Shown here: positions 20,901-26,190 of the stretch, in pieces
Numbering within the stretch: position 1 is the stretch's first letter
Layout: each line of letters starts with the position of its first letter
Source of the DNA: Candidatus Parcubacteria bacterium
Lineage (GTDB): Bacteria; Patescibacteriota; Minisyncoccia; Phycocordibacterales; CAIZLB01
DNA length: 64,000 bases
Direction of reading: 5' to 3'
Assembly: GCA_039795775.1 (NCBI GenBank)
Contig: JBDKLC010000006.1
Coordinates: forward strand, 3,772-67,771
Translations under genes and position numbers: made by a program
The notes under the pieces: generated by a model
The model's input: the letters and a program-made list of their open reading frames with translations, nothing else
Databases searched by the model: none
What the model was told of the DNA's origin: nothing

Positions 20901-22175
20901 CGCACTATCTATAGTAGCTGTCACAGCCGCGCCTCCTGATGTAGCATCGAAGAAAACGTTTGTTGTGGCATCAGGCAAGTTACCAGCTCCTGGCGCACCA
21001 CCCGATGTTGCTGCCCAGTGGTTTGCAGCATCAGACCAGTTTCCAGAGCCACCAACCCAATACGCATTTGCTGGTGGGTCAGTAATAAAATCGATATCTA
21101 CATTTCCAATAACTTTTAAATCAAATACGTCTGTCGATGTAGCAAGTCCAGAAAGATTGATTCGATACTTACCGTCCTGGTTAATAGTTGCAAATGTTCC
21201 GACGAGTGTTCCATCGAGTGTATACACTTCTATAGTTGCTGGTAGATTTGCATCCGTTGGTCGTGCATACAATGTTATGTCTCTTGTACTATCAAGTGGT
21301 TGTTCAAAAGTAACACGTACATACTGACCATCTAAAATACTTACATAATTTCCATCGCGCACTCCCACACCTGAGAAAATATCTTCAATACTATTTTTAT
21401 CTGCATCAAGTCGCAATGCATTCGAAATTAAAATAATCTGGAAAGTTTGTGTTGAAAGGTGTGGAACAATCCATGCGAGGTGATCAATATATCCATCACC
21501 ATCTTCATCAGTTGCGACAAACTGAATGTCTTCATTTCCATTGTTCTGCCATTTAATTTTTATCTGACTTTCTTGACCCACTTTAAAAATTTCTGGTATT
21601 TCTGTTTTTACAGGAACATCAGTCAAGTGTGCAATTAAGTCTTGTTCTGGTGTCGACGCAACAACCACAACTTTTCCGGCTGCATTATTTTCTTCTGTGA
21701 TGATTACTGATGATGTTGCAAAACTTGTTGTAGTGGTTGCACTTGTTGAAGTTGTTGAAGTTGACTCAAATGAACCGCCTGCAGTTACCCCATTAGAAAT
21801 AGGTGCAGATGAAGTAGACATTAAAAGTGCACTTTCTGTACTTGTTGAAATATCTTCTGCTGGAGTTGATGTAGAACTTGAAGAACTGTTTTCAGTAGGT
21901 GTCGATGTTGCTGTAGATGTAGAGATATCTCCAGTGTTTTCAGTTGTTGTAACTGGAGTGTCTGACACATCTGAAGTGTCAGAAGTGTCTTCTGCTGGAG
22001 TTGTCGGTTCAGGTACAGAAACAGTGTCAGTCGCTGGTGAAGAAACTTCAGGCACAGTTGCTTCTACGACAGGAGTTGGATCTTCTTCAGCAAATGCGGT
22101 AGAGAAAAAACCGCAAAATATAATTGCTGAGATTAAAAAAACAAATAACTTTTTGCGACGTGTCTGTGCGTGCAT
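5916..22175 (-). CDS. Giant secreted surface fibre/adhesin-like protein (5,419 aa): signal peptide, Ser/Thr/acidic stalk, beta-helix-like N-domain, ~50 GLUG-like Gly-rich repeats, 15 FN3 repeats, unknown beta module, C-terminal dockerin
   Basis: A single uninterrupted ORF. The N-terminus MHAQTRRKKLFVFLISAIIFCGFFSTAFA is a signal peptide. Repeats follow the pattern Y[AV]GG[LIV][VIA]G.N.G.I.NSY[AS]TG.V, spaced by GGAGG/GNGG runs. Fifteen ~90-aa repeats follow the form PDAPT..TAV.GNGQATI.FT.PVSNGGS.I..YTVTSNTGGFTATGG.SPI.ITGL.NG..YTFTV.A.N..GTS. The last ~65 aa read DLNGDCKVNSVDFSIMLAFW...DINRDGKVDSVDFSILLYQW, a duplicated Ca-binding dockerin signature. Confidence 0.85.
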   Translation of the reverse strand: MHAQTRRKKLFVFLISAIIFCGFFSTAFAEEDPTPVVEATVPEVSSPATDTVSVPEPTTPAEDTSDTSDVSDTPVTTTENTGDISTSTATSTPTENSSSSSTSTPAEDISTSTESALLMSTSSAPISNGVTAGGSFESTSTTSTSATTTTSFATSSVIITEENNAAGKVVVVASTPEQDLIAHLTDVPVKTEIPEIFKVGQESQIKIKWQNNGNEDIQFVATDEDGDGYIDHLAWIVPHLSTQTFQIILISNALRLDADKNSIEDIFSGVGVRDGNYVSILDGQYVRVTFEQPLDSTRDITLYARPTDANLPATIEVYTLDGTLVGTFATINQDGKYRINLSGLATSTDVFDLKVIGNVDIDFITDPPANAYWVGGSGNWSDAANHWAATSGGAPGAGNLPDATTNVFFDATSGGAAVTATIDSARTIGSLTINGFTGTILQNANLTITNSGGQSGNYAQVSAATFTATDPGTNTLSVSGSFSITAGTFRRYTGIGISSDPFIVFDVYGLQGMKTNLSSSFKLNNNIDAATTSGWSSGVGFDPIGNVATPFAGIFDGNNFAINNLYISTTTSSYVGLFGYSTNLIKDVTLSGVSISATSTAGTVGTTGTNGSDGATPTSGTAGGAGTAGATLYLGGLVGYNTGTITNVSVAGTINGVGGSGGAGGNSGNGGNTTTGATTGGTGAAAANNAAATGGLAYVGGVVGYSQQGSITTATSSATVVGTGGAGGASGNAGNGGNGSVAGVGTGIGGAGGAAGGAGAGNIAYVGGIVGWIQAGTVSTSFSTGNVTARGGAGGNAGTAGNGGNAGTGVGGANIGGLGALGAAGGAAGTAYAGGLAGNNSGTILNGSYATGIVQAFGGTPGNGSAGSASGASAAASVAVAASSGTAAGGAGGAGAIAYAGGLVGQNGISGVITGASSTVYATGAVTATGSAGKNGTAGGAGGSAALTTSGTGGAGGAAGNGGAGGAAYAGGLVGLNSGIITSASSTTGLVTVTGGAGGTGGIGGAGGAKGSAGTSGAGGASGTGGSAAVVATYAGGLVGSNTGVIQNTSSTNAVTGQAGAGGTGGTGVAAQTGLAGLAGGTGGAAGILYIGGIAGNSTLSIINSSHTTGAITGTAGAGGAAGVGGAGGAWTGGTRGAAGAAVGGGIVYAGGVVGHNTGTSILNSYSTGDVTGTSGAGGAGASGGDGYSFTTGVAGVAGSVGSTGGISYVGGVVGFLNNGEISNSYSSGTITAYGGNGGAGGNGGNGGAGTSNTGGAGGAGAAGGTGGAAFGGGVAGNIVLGTVSASYNTGNIIVDAGNGGTAGNGGNGGVGGTNFAGGVGATAGAGGAGAVSTAGGVVGQSAGVIQASSYSTGNITSVAGIAQVGGIGGNGGASVGTFVGAGAVGGAGGAGGAGAIAYAAGIVGNNTNTIQNSYASGIISATASAGANGGAAGLGGSNATGGSSSTGAAGAAGGAGGAGAVGYAGGIAGLNTAIIINTYIESGAATVIGGNGGAGVNGGAGGTAGTGALGAIGGTGGAGGAGAIGYAGGIIAFNSAGTINNSHSFILASSTSGTSGVGGNGGAAGTGAVGGTGGIGVVGAASYAGGAVGINTGVINNSYATGNAIATGGAGSSNGSGGNGGASSFSAGGAGGAAGAAGTNVGGVAYAGGLIGFNSTNGIIQGASYASGNATSTGGAGANGLAGSSGGSSTGAFSGGTGVAGSAGVSGGVAAAGGLVGFNSGSVASDSYASGSVYANGGAGGNGGVGGNGGASGAGVVGVAGVGGGSGFTGGAAYAGGVIGNDTVLGTTISIPNTTGTVASLGGAGGNGATGGNGGNGGSTAGAIGGVGGAAGAGGNGGLAASGGILGFNAGVIHDVTYTITSITALGGVPGTGGTGGNAGASGNIAAGAGATGGAGGAGGIGGAAYIGGLAGDNSGVIVDSVVIGSLTAVGRNGGNGGVGGVGGNGSLGTGGHAGGIGGAGGAGSSGGAVYIGGLVGQGNGNIQKSSATGGTITVTVGGNGGVGATGGAGGVGGSGSGRNGVGGAGGTGGVVGPVYAGGAIGFSSLVSVLIDTVYSTNNVTVTSGNGGAGGAGVAGVNGAAGSTGGAGGGGGAVGLAVYAGGLEGYNSGAAQNIVNSYATGNITVNGGNGGTGQVGGAGAAAISAVVGGAGGNGGIGGAGGFAYGGGLVGFTNTLVAIASSTASGNVTVVAGNGGNAGNGGAGATGGAGQVGGAGGAGGGAGLGGASYTGGLVGLVTSGDIVNSFSSGTIQGTSGNGGNSGAGGAGGAGGSSVAGTAGTSGTIGAAGGVNFTGGLVGDNTSAILNSYHVGGSVTATSGNGGNGGAGGAGGASGSITNGTAAAGGTGAAGGVGGAVSVGGLVGRNGVTAVSASITNSYATTSVTAVGGNGGAGGVGGAGGDGSLGTNHIGGAGGAGGAGGAAAITLAASVQAGGLVGQNILGTITTSYAQTGTVTATGGNGGAAALGGTGGIGTGSAVYGVGGAGAAGGAGGAVYAGGLVGYTTGVIEAASFSKTSLIVTGGSGVNGSAGISAGANTGAAGSVPGAGGASGIIYAGGLAGYSTADVISSYASFDAGSGKGNITVTGGSAGNGGNAGNGGSGLAAGGVGGAGGLGTAGVGGASSGAFAGGLIGFSSGVITSSYADTLTISGTEQNGGNGGTGGNGGAGVGANNGGVGAVGGAGGAGGIRAFGGLVGDYLSTIGSIQGGSYSTVHISVTGGNGGNGGAGGTGGTSGSGQSSGTAAVAGVGGVGGAGAATYGGGLVGRITGTTQVMQINNSYATGNISVTSGTGGNGGAGGVGGNGSTGSSTHAGATGGLGGVAGVGGEADAGGLVGFSNLTTGSIDYISVYATGFASSTGGNGGTQGTGGNGGASASGAAGGAGGGAVLTPPAGGAAYAGGLIGIHRITTTPAQSDITGSYSTGLVSARGGVGATGNLGGNGGTGGTIGGAGGAGGASGIGGEADAGGLVGLTSVTTGFIHYVNNYSTTGSVTATGGASGNGGSAGTSTAGGAVAAAGGATGASGASAAGGAAYAGGLVGQANATASNNLQITTSYSTRAVNAVGGASGNGANGVIGGAGGTAAIGGVGGAGGASGAGGAAYAGGLIGTNGTAALAGGGIIESVSYATGNVTSTSGNVGTAGTGGAGGASTSGTVTTGAAGGTVGTTGAGGASYAGGLVGINAATGVILNSYATGSVTSLARNGGQGGTGGNGADASLSAGIGGPGATGGAAGAGGDSYAGGLIGYNVNALNTITTSYAVGTTVTGTSGNGGQGGTGGNGGAAGIASTGGAGGSAGAAGAAGTLYVGGLIGRNDGTVQLNSYSTSNVVGTAGTGGTGGTGGNGANGAVGSGGAGANGGLGGAATSGGAGGIGYGGGFIGRNETTRIVKDSYSTGSLTLSGGAGGNGGIAGNGGNGGNGVFAGNGGAGANAGASATGAAGGVKYGGGFTGYNLGTISTVYSVGAVSVTGATGGAGGNGGNGGNGGTGGATGAGGAGGNQGVTADAGNGGALHAGGLIGYNFTAGVVSNSWTAGTVTTVGGNGGAAGVRGTSGTGGNGGTLAGGAGGAAAGGSGGGTGGASIAGGLIGSNISTGSFSNSYASTTVTMTGGNGAAGGTGGKGGSGGVGGSGGSGNGGAGQPGLSGGTGGAGGAVTGGGLVGDNTGTITNAYALGNVTATAGSAGFGGAGGAGGNGGAAGGGIAGANGNGGNGTIGGAGASAFVGGLLGSHATSLVTNAYSAGVPTATKTSGAVGGAGGSAGTGGTGGSNGSTGATGSSGLLQYAGGIVGNPVSGTWASSYWDTTTSGKTDGAGNATTPTNTSGKTTTQMEAQATFTNWDFTTLPIWNIDEAVTYPYFNYQVAPDAPTNIVAVAGNGQATITFTPPANTGGGQILSYTVTSSPGGFTATSGGSPITITGLTNGTTYTFTVTATNANGTSISSATSNAVTPATIPDAPTIGTATGGNGQATITFTPPVSNGGSSILYYTVTSNTGGFTATGGSSPIVVTGLTNGQTYTFTVKATNAAGTSTASATTNSVTPATVPNAPTGVTAVAGNGQATITFTPPVDNGGASISYYTVTSNTGGFTATGGSSPIVVTGLTNGQVYTFTVTATNSAGTSTASSVSNSVTPATVPDAPTGATAVSGNGQATITFTPPVSNGGSAITYYTVSSNTGGFTASGNGSPRTITGLTNGQAYTFTVTATNGVGTSTASTASNSVTPATVPDAPTSITAVRGNGQATISFTAPVSNGGSSILYYTVTSNTGGLTTSGTSSPLIVTGLTNGQAYTFTVTATNAVGTSSASVASNSISPATVPDAPTIGVATAGNGEATVTFTPGASDGYSSVLYYTVSSNTGGFVVHSGASPVVVTGLTNGTTYNFTVTATNAVGTSSPSIASNSVMPVTTPGAPTGVSAVSGNGEATISFTAPVSNGGSAITYYTVTSNTGGFTATGGSSPITITGLTNGTTYTFTVTASNAYGTSTQSATSNSVTPATVAGAPTGVSAVRGNGEATISFTAPVSNGGAAITSYTVTSNIGGFTATGGSSPIVVTGLSNGTTYTFTVTANNAVGTSASSTASNSVTPATVPDAPTSVTAVRGNGEATITFNAPVSNGGSAITSYTVTSNVGGFTATGGSSPITITGLTNGTTYTFTVTATNSVGTSTPSATSNSVTPATVPDAPTSVTAVSGNGQATISFTAPVSNGGSAITYYTVTSNTGGFTATGGNSPITITGLSNGTTYTFTVTASNAVGTSTVSGTSNSVTPATVPDAPTSVSAVSGNGQATITFTPPVSNGGSTILYYTVNSNIGNFSVSGGNSPITITGLSNGTAYIFSVTATNAVGTSSASVASNSVTPATVPDAPTSVTAVSGNGQATISFTAPVSNGGSAITLYTISSNTGGFIATTTTSSAIVSGLSNGTTYTFTVTATNALGTSTASVASNSVTPATAPDAPTSVTAVSGNGQATITFTPPVSNGGSAITSYTVTSNTGGFTASGGSSPITVTGLTNGQAYTFTVTATNALGTSTASVVSNSVTPATVPDAPTNVAATIGDQSAGVTWSVPASNGSAIQYYTVTSNTGGFTATSSTNSIVMNGLTNGVTYTFTVTATNALGTSVSSGSSGGVTPATIPGAPTNLAATVQDSSIDLSWTAPISNGGSALTDYVIEYKLSSGGTWAVFNDGVGTTPATTVTSLSNDNSYDFRISAKNVIGTSTASSIVSATPGAPAQVLIQSFSSLVVPTISTNVRITNEGSIAYEYQYTWCVTDSSSNECGGGDDIFSSTAAKLIQPGANFDTTLNSTVPVAGNYYFHFKVLFGSDSSSANQSFTAVTTTPVTPPTGGTGGSGGGGGGGSSPAPVSIPIPTGMKCAITGADLNGDCKVNSVDFSIMLAFWKTSAPFKNQGVDINRDGKVDSVDFSILLYQWGKTPIAFKKQ
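5919..6130 (-). other. Dockerin module (two calcium-binding repeats) at the C-terminus of the giant protein
   Basis: DxNxDGxVNSxDxxxL appears twice, separated by about 22 aa, with a Gly-rich linker upstream. Confidence 0.6.
6560..10640 (-). repeat. Tandem coding repeat array: 15 fibronectin-III-like units, 270-bp period, high inter-unit nucleotide identity
   Basis: The string ggtgcatcagg(a/c)acagt(g/c)gctggtgt(t/c)ac recurs every 270 bp (about 6826, 7096, 7366 ... 10593). The protein carries 15 in-frame FN3-like units. Confidence 0.8.
10810..20460 (-). repeat. Gly-rich GLUG-like repeat array (~50 units of ~40-60 aa) encoded by GGN-codon-rich DNA
   Basis: About 50 occurrences of the YAGGLVG.N.G.I core are separated by GGAGGAGG/GNGGNGG tracts. 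The plus strand is correspondingly CCN-rich, which generates spurious Pro/Ala ORFs. Confidence 0.75.
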
Positions 22176-22342
22176 TTATATCCCTAATTATAACAGTAAA
22201 ATGCTTGTTATATATGGATAAAACAGCACAAATTTTATATATTTTGTGGATAAATCAGGATAATTTCTTGTTATTCCTTAAAAATGTCAGAGAATCCAAA
22301 AAAATGTGTGTAAAGTGTGAATAAAAAATTAAAATTACACTC

Positions 22343-22915
22343 TTAGGCAAGAAGGCGACCTTCAAAATACTTGTTTTCAATTTTACTTATTGCAGTACTA
22401 AAGTCTGTGGAAGATATAATTTCAAATGCTTTCTCTTCAAAAGGTTTAAAACTTACAGGGAGAATATTTATGAGTTTTTCGGAGATTAATTCTTCTTTTA
22501 AAATAGGACTTTTTATATGACCCAGTCTGAGTAAATACCACGTTGCGACAAACAATGAGCAAGGATATTTCTTTGCTCGTACATAGTCTGAAACTTGCTC
22601 TTTTAATTTGTCGTCTTTAATCAAAGAAAGAGTTTCATCGCATGAAGGAATAAGTTGTGATTCTCTTAAGATTAGATCTGCTTCAAAACCTTGTTCTTTA
22701 AGCCAACCAGTGAAAGTTGCATAATCAAAAGAAGGATCAGGAAAAGAATAATCATCAACCATTACCACTAAAGAAATTTTTTTTTGGTGTTCTTCTGTAA
22801 CGCTATTTAATATTTCAAGAGAAAACTTTTGTTCGTCGCCAATATGATTGTTGGTATAGATATGTGCGTACTCGATTGAGATGTCTTTGTTCATTGTTAA
22901 AATCTTAACATACAA
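22343..22915 (-). CDS. Hypothetical protein
   Basis: A 190-aa ORF with coding-like composition and no recognisable motif. Confidence 0.35.
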   Translation of the reverse strand: MYVKILTMNKDISIEYAHIYTNNHIGDEQKFSLEILNSVTEEHQKKISLVVMVDDYSFPDPSFDYATFTGWLKEQGFEADLILRESQLIPSCDETLSLIKDDKLKEQVSDYVRAKKYPCSLFVATWYLLRLGHIKSPILKEELISEKLINILPVSFKPFEEKAFEIISSTDFSTAISKIENKYFEGRLLA

Positions 22916-22917
22916 TA

Positions 22918-23619
22918 TTAATTGACTCGGTCTAGTTTATTTTTATTCTTTAATAAACTCAAATTGAAATAAAGGGATATCACCATGAACAAAACTAGCA
23001 CAAAGCCTAGTGATGGTTCTGGAGTCCAAGCTGTGCATATACTCAAAATAATAAGGACAATATTTAGTATAGAGATGAAACCAAAGTAAGATTTAAAATC
23101 TTTAATCCTTAGCATTTTTAAGTTATAAGAAGGTGTGTAACTCCGGTATCTAAAGAAAGTATGCAATGTAAACAAGAACAAGAGTACTATGAGCATAATT
23201 GATGCTGACATAAGTGGAATTGCTATTGAATCTGCCCAGTGTGCAAAAGCACCTCTCATTTGATCAACAATAATACTAGCAACGTACCAAAAGGTATATG
23301 TGCACGAGGCAATGACTCCCCAAAAAAACAGAATCATTTTTGAAGAGGGTGACTTTATCTCCTTTTTATGAACAACCATAATTAGCAATACAGATATCAG
23401 CAACAAAACTAATGAAAACTCTTGCATGGCATACTTCTCAGTTAAATAAGAATCTCTTAAATCCCAATATTTTCTAGAACCATCTTCTGATGAAAGTTGT
23501 AAATACTTCTCCTCAAATTCAGACTCGTTTGTATACGGCTTTAAAGTTAACGAGTAAAGAAAAGCAAAAGTACTCAATAACACCAGTGCAATTAATATTG
23601 TTTTTAAATATTTTTTCAT
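22918..23619 (-). CDS. Hypothetical polytopic membrane protein
   Basis: 233 aa with five or six hydrophobic helices. Confidence 0.4.
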   Translation of the reverse strand: MKKYLKTILIALVLLSTFAFLYSLTLKPYTNESEFEEKYLQLSSEDGSRKYWDLRDSYLTEKYAMQEFSLVLLLISVLLIMVVHKKEIKSPSSKMILFFWGVIASCTYTFWYVASIIVDQMRGAFAHWADSIAIPLMSASIMLIVLLFLFTLHTFFRYRSYTPSYNLKMLRIKDFKSYFGFISILNIVLIILSICTAWTPEPSLGFVLVLFMVISLYFNLSLLKNKNKLDRVN

Positions 23620-23712
23620 GATTCTTAATTTTAGTATACCTACTGGATTATAGTTAAGTCCTATACATCGTGCTGGCTCGAAACCGTGGACTTTGCCGGA
23701 ACCTATATGTCA

Positions 23713-24228
23713 CTACATCATCTCTTCAGTTTTTATTTTATTAATCAGAGGTACACGAGATAATTTTACTGAAAACTTATCTGATAGTTCAATATCATGC
23801 GTAGTATGATGAGGTCTCTTAGTTTCAATTACATTCTCCCCTTTTTCTGTAAGTGAATTTACGAGCTCTTCATAAGAAACCCCATTACCCAAAATTTCCA
23901 CATGATCAAATGAATTAATCTGACTGTTGTCAGGTTTTTGATCCGACAGTTCAAGAAACCAAAGAGTCCCACATGTTGTTTCAATTCCTTTCTTAAGTTT
24001 AATTACTGCTATTCGTCTATTAGAAATTATTGATTGATATATAAAATAACTTTCAGATTCTAGTAACTTTCTTATTGATTCAAAAGTTTCTGAGCTGCCA
24101 CACTTATAGCAAAAGTGATCAACTAGTACCGTTGACTCTAAAGAGTTTTTTTCAATAAAGGTATTGAATGTGGTAATAAGACTTGAAGATTGATTATAAA
24201 AATCTTGAATCGTTTTTATTTCTTGCAT
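23713..24228 (-). CDS. Hypothetical protein (possibly VOC/glyoxalase-like fold)
   Basis: 171 aa. The pattern DHFCYKC...FIYQS...RRIAVIKL...LWFLEL...FDHVEI is vaguely VOC-like but unverified. Confidence 0.3.
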   Translation of the reverse strand: MQEIKTIQDFYNQSSSLITTFNTFIEKNSLESTVLVDHFCYKCGSSETFESIRKLLESESYFIYQSIISNRRIAVIKLKKGIETTCGTLWFLELSDQKPDNSQINSFDHVEILGNGVSYEELVNSLTEKGENVIETKRPHHTTHDIELSDKFSVKLSRVPLINKIKTEEMM

Positions 24229-24306
24229 AGTAGTAAGTATATCAGACCTTCATATAGGATATGGGGGGTATATTAGAACCATTTTATATTGTCTCTAGAT
24301 ATTCCC

Positions 24307-24711
24307 TTACTTTTTCAAGTTAGAAATAATTGCCCCAACAAGGGATACGAGTACACCAACCATAAATACAACACCTGCAAATATAGTTTGTGGAGTATTA
24401 AGATCCTGATTTAAAATTGGACCGTTAATAAAAACAACTAAAAATCCAATCCCGCATAAAATCATGCCTAAAAATACTACTGTTTTTGATGTCCATTTAC
24501 CTTTTTCAAAACTTTGAAAAAATAAACCTAAACCTAGTATTCCCATTCCTAAAGAAAACAACACTCCCGTAAGCATAATAAGCGGAGTCAGAGTATGTTT
24601 GTCACCTTTAGTTATTATAAAGTTTATAAAACCTAAGAGAAAGGATAATAAAATTAGTCTAACACCGTATATAGGTACATTTTTCATATTTAGTTTTAAA
24701 CAGTATATCAA
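24307..24711 (-). CDS. Hypothetical small membrane protein (4 TM)
   Basis: 134 aa and strongly hydrophobic. Confidence 0.4.
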   Translation of the reverse strand: MIYCLKLNMKNVPIYGVRLILLSFLLGFINFIITKGDKHTLTPLIMLTGVLFSLGMGILGLGLFFQSFEKGKWTSKTVVFLGMILCGIGFLVVFINGPILNQDLNTPQTIFAGVVFMVGVLVSLVGAIISNLKK

Positions 24712-24726
24712 ACCTAAAACCTATTT

Positions 24727-24890
24727 GGGGAGACTAGGGCTCGGTCACAGGTCTCGCAGACATGCTGCTCGCCTGCGACCCAGCCTCCTTGCCGCGCTTC
24801 GCCGATGTTATTAAGTCCAAAGTATACATCGTGCCGGCTCACTGCGCGACTTCGTCCGGCTTTCTCGCCGTCAGTCTTTCAGAGCAAAAA
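24727..24890 (-). repeat. tRNA-associated ~200-bp element, copy 1. It ends in a 15-nt duplicate of the tRNA-Gln 3' end (GAGCCCTAGTCTCCC) preceded by CCTGTGACC and a conserved ~55-nt core.
   Basis: The core ggtcacaggtctcgcAgacatgcTgctcgcctgcgacc(ca)gcctcctt is near-identical to 39843..39896. The flanking duplicate matches tRNA-Gln positions ~58-73. Confidence 0.5.
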
Positions 24891-24892
24891 TA

Positions 24893-24916
24893 AAAACCGC
24901 TAGGTTAGCGGTTTTT
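24893..24916. terminator. Bidirectional rho-independent terminator hairpin (aaaaaccgcta ggt tagcggttttt)
   Basis: A perfect 8-bp GC-containing stem flanked by an A-run and a T-run, directly 3' of tRNA-Gln. Confidence 0.5.
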
Positions 24917-24923
24917 ATTTTGC

Positions 24924-24997
24924 TGGCTGGGAGACTAGGGCTCGAACCTAGATTAATGGATCCAGAGACCATTGTCCTACCATTAGACGATCTCCCA
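24924..24997 (-). tRNA. tRNA-Gln (anticodon CTG)
   Basis: Minus-strand TGGGAGATCGTCTAATGGTAGGACAATGGTCTCTGGATCCATTAATCTAGGTTCGAGCCCTAGTCTCCCAGCCA. U1:A72, a cloverleaf fold, anticodon loop CUCUGGA, a TTCGAGC T-loop, and an encoded CCA. Confidence 0.75.
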
Positions 24998-25176
24998 ATG
25001 TTATTTTGTTGTCTGTACGGTCGTCGGATGCGGTTGTACAAGGGCTTGCTGGCTTAGTATTGAGGCCGTTCTTCCCTTTTCCACCGACGGATACAGTGAG
25101 AACAGAATACCGTTTTTTTGTCGAAAAATCAACTTATGCATTCATCGTACTTACTGCTTCATTAAAAACTGAAAAA

Positions 25177-25201
25177 GGCGGCGCTCCGGAGGAGCGCCGC
25201 C
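25177..25201 (-). terminator. Rho-independent terminator downstream of ftsX (GGCGGCGCTCC-GGA-GGAGCGCCGCC plus T-tract on minus strand)
   Basis: An 11-bp GC-rich stem. On the minus strand it is followed by tttttcagttttt. Confidence 0.55.
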
Positions 25202-25234
25202 TTTTCCCTTTGTAAAAAATGTAACTTTTACTTC

Positions 25235-26164
25235 TTACACCTTGAGATATTTCTTCACGGCGAGATAACTTGATACCGCACCAAGGAAAAGTCCGGCACC
25301 TGTCACGATAAGGAAGAGCTGACCAAAGTTACCGCCATAGTATTCGAAGAGGTTGAGACCTGTTCCCATTTTGAGTGTGAGCGGACCAATCCAATACGTG
25401 AACGGATAGAGCAAGATAAGCGTCACGAGCGCAGACACAAATCCATACATGAGACCTACTGTTACGAATGGACCTCGAATAAATGCTTCACTGGCACCCA
25501 CGAGTCGCATCACAGCAATTTCTTCTCGGAAGATATAAATAGCCAGTCGGATCGTGTTGAATGTAATAAGCACAGATACAAGAACGAAGAATCCAATTAC
25601 AATCGCACCGAGTCGTCGAGACGCATCAATGATTCGTGAAAGAGCATCAATGGCCTGCTTGTTTTGTGTGTAGTTGATTCGATCAATTACTTTTACGTTG
25701 TTTGCTGCATCAGAATCAATTCGTGTCTGAAGATAATTTACGATTTGTTCGTACTGAGAAGGATCTTTTGCTCGCACGTTGAGGTTGGCACCAAGAGGGT
25801 TTTCACTGAGCTCGTCGAGTGCAGAAAGTGTGAGTGAGTCACTTACATGTCGTTCTCGAAACTGCTTGAGGGCATCTTCTCGAGATGTATATCCGATAAG
25901 TGCTACCTGTGGCAATGTCTGAAGTGTTCGCTGCAATTCTCGCACATCGTCTTCCGTCGCTGATTTTACAAAGTACACGTTGATATCTACTTTATCTTTG
26001 ATACCTTCGAGTGTTGATCCAAGAAGCGCACCGATAAACATAACCGAAGCAATTACTGAAAGAGTCACAGTCATCACAAGTACAGACGCAAGCGATACAT
26101 ATCCGTTTCGCCAGAAACTGACAAACCCAGCTCGCACTACTCGTTTTATTTTAGTCCAGAACAT
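25235..26164 (-). CDS. ftsX: Cell division ABC transporter permease FtsX
   Basis: 309 aa. An N-terminal cytoplasmic segment and first TM, a large periplasmic loop, and three C-terminal TMs. It sits immediately downstream of ftsE. Confidence 0.8.
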   Translation of the reverse strand: MFWTKIKRVVRAGFVSFWRNGYVSLASVLVMTVTLSVIASVMFIGALLGSTLEGIKDKVDINVYFVKSATEDDVRELQRTLQTLPQVALIGYTSREDALKQFRERHVSDSLTLSALDELSENPLGANLNVRAKDPSQYEQIVNYLQTRIDSDAANNVKVIDRINYTQNKQAIDALSRIIDASRRLGAIVIGFFVLVSVLITFNTIRLAIYIFREEIAVMRLVGASEAFIRGPFVTVGLMYGFVSALVTLILLYPFTYWIGPLTLKMGTGLNLFEYYGGNFGQLFLIVTGAGLFLGAVSSYLAVKKYLKV

Positions 26165-26190
26165 AATGGTCGTTTAATTATTTGAAATAG

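Noticed and set aside
24727-24800. The conserved core next to tRNA-Gln being itself a tRNA-like gene (a GGAGGCT...AGTCTCC acceptor-like pairing exists in copy 1)
   Set aside because: The equivalent pairing is absent from copy 2, where the 3' segment instead matches tRNA-Asp. The 3' ends are att-type duplicates, not a conserved acceptor stem.
24599-24814. 71-aa plus-strand ORF overlapping the tRNA-Gln-linked repeat element
   Set aside because: It is Arg/Leu-rich low-complexity product spanning a conserved non-coding repeat, and the same repeat at 39843 is not in an ORF.
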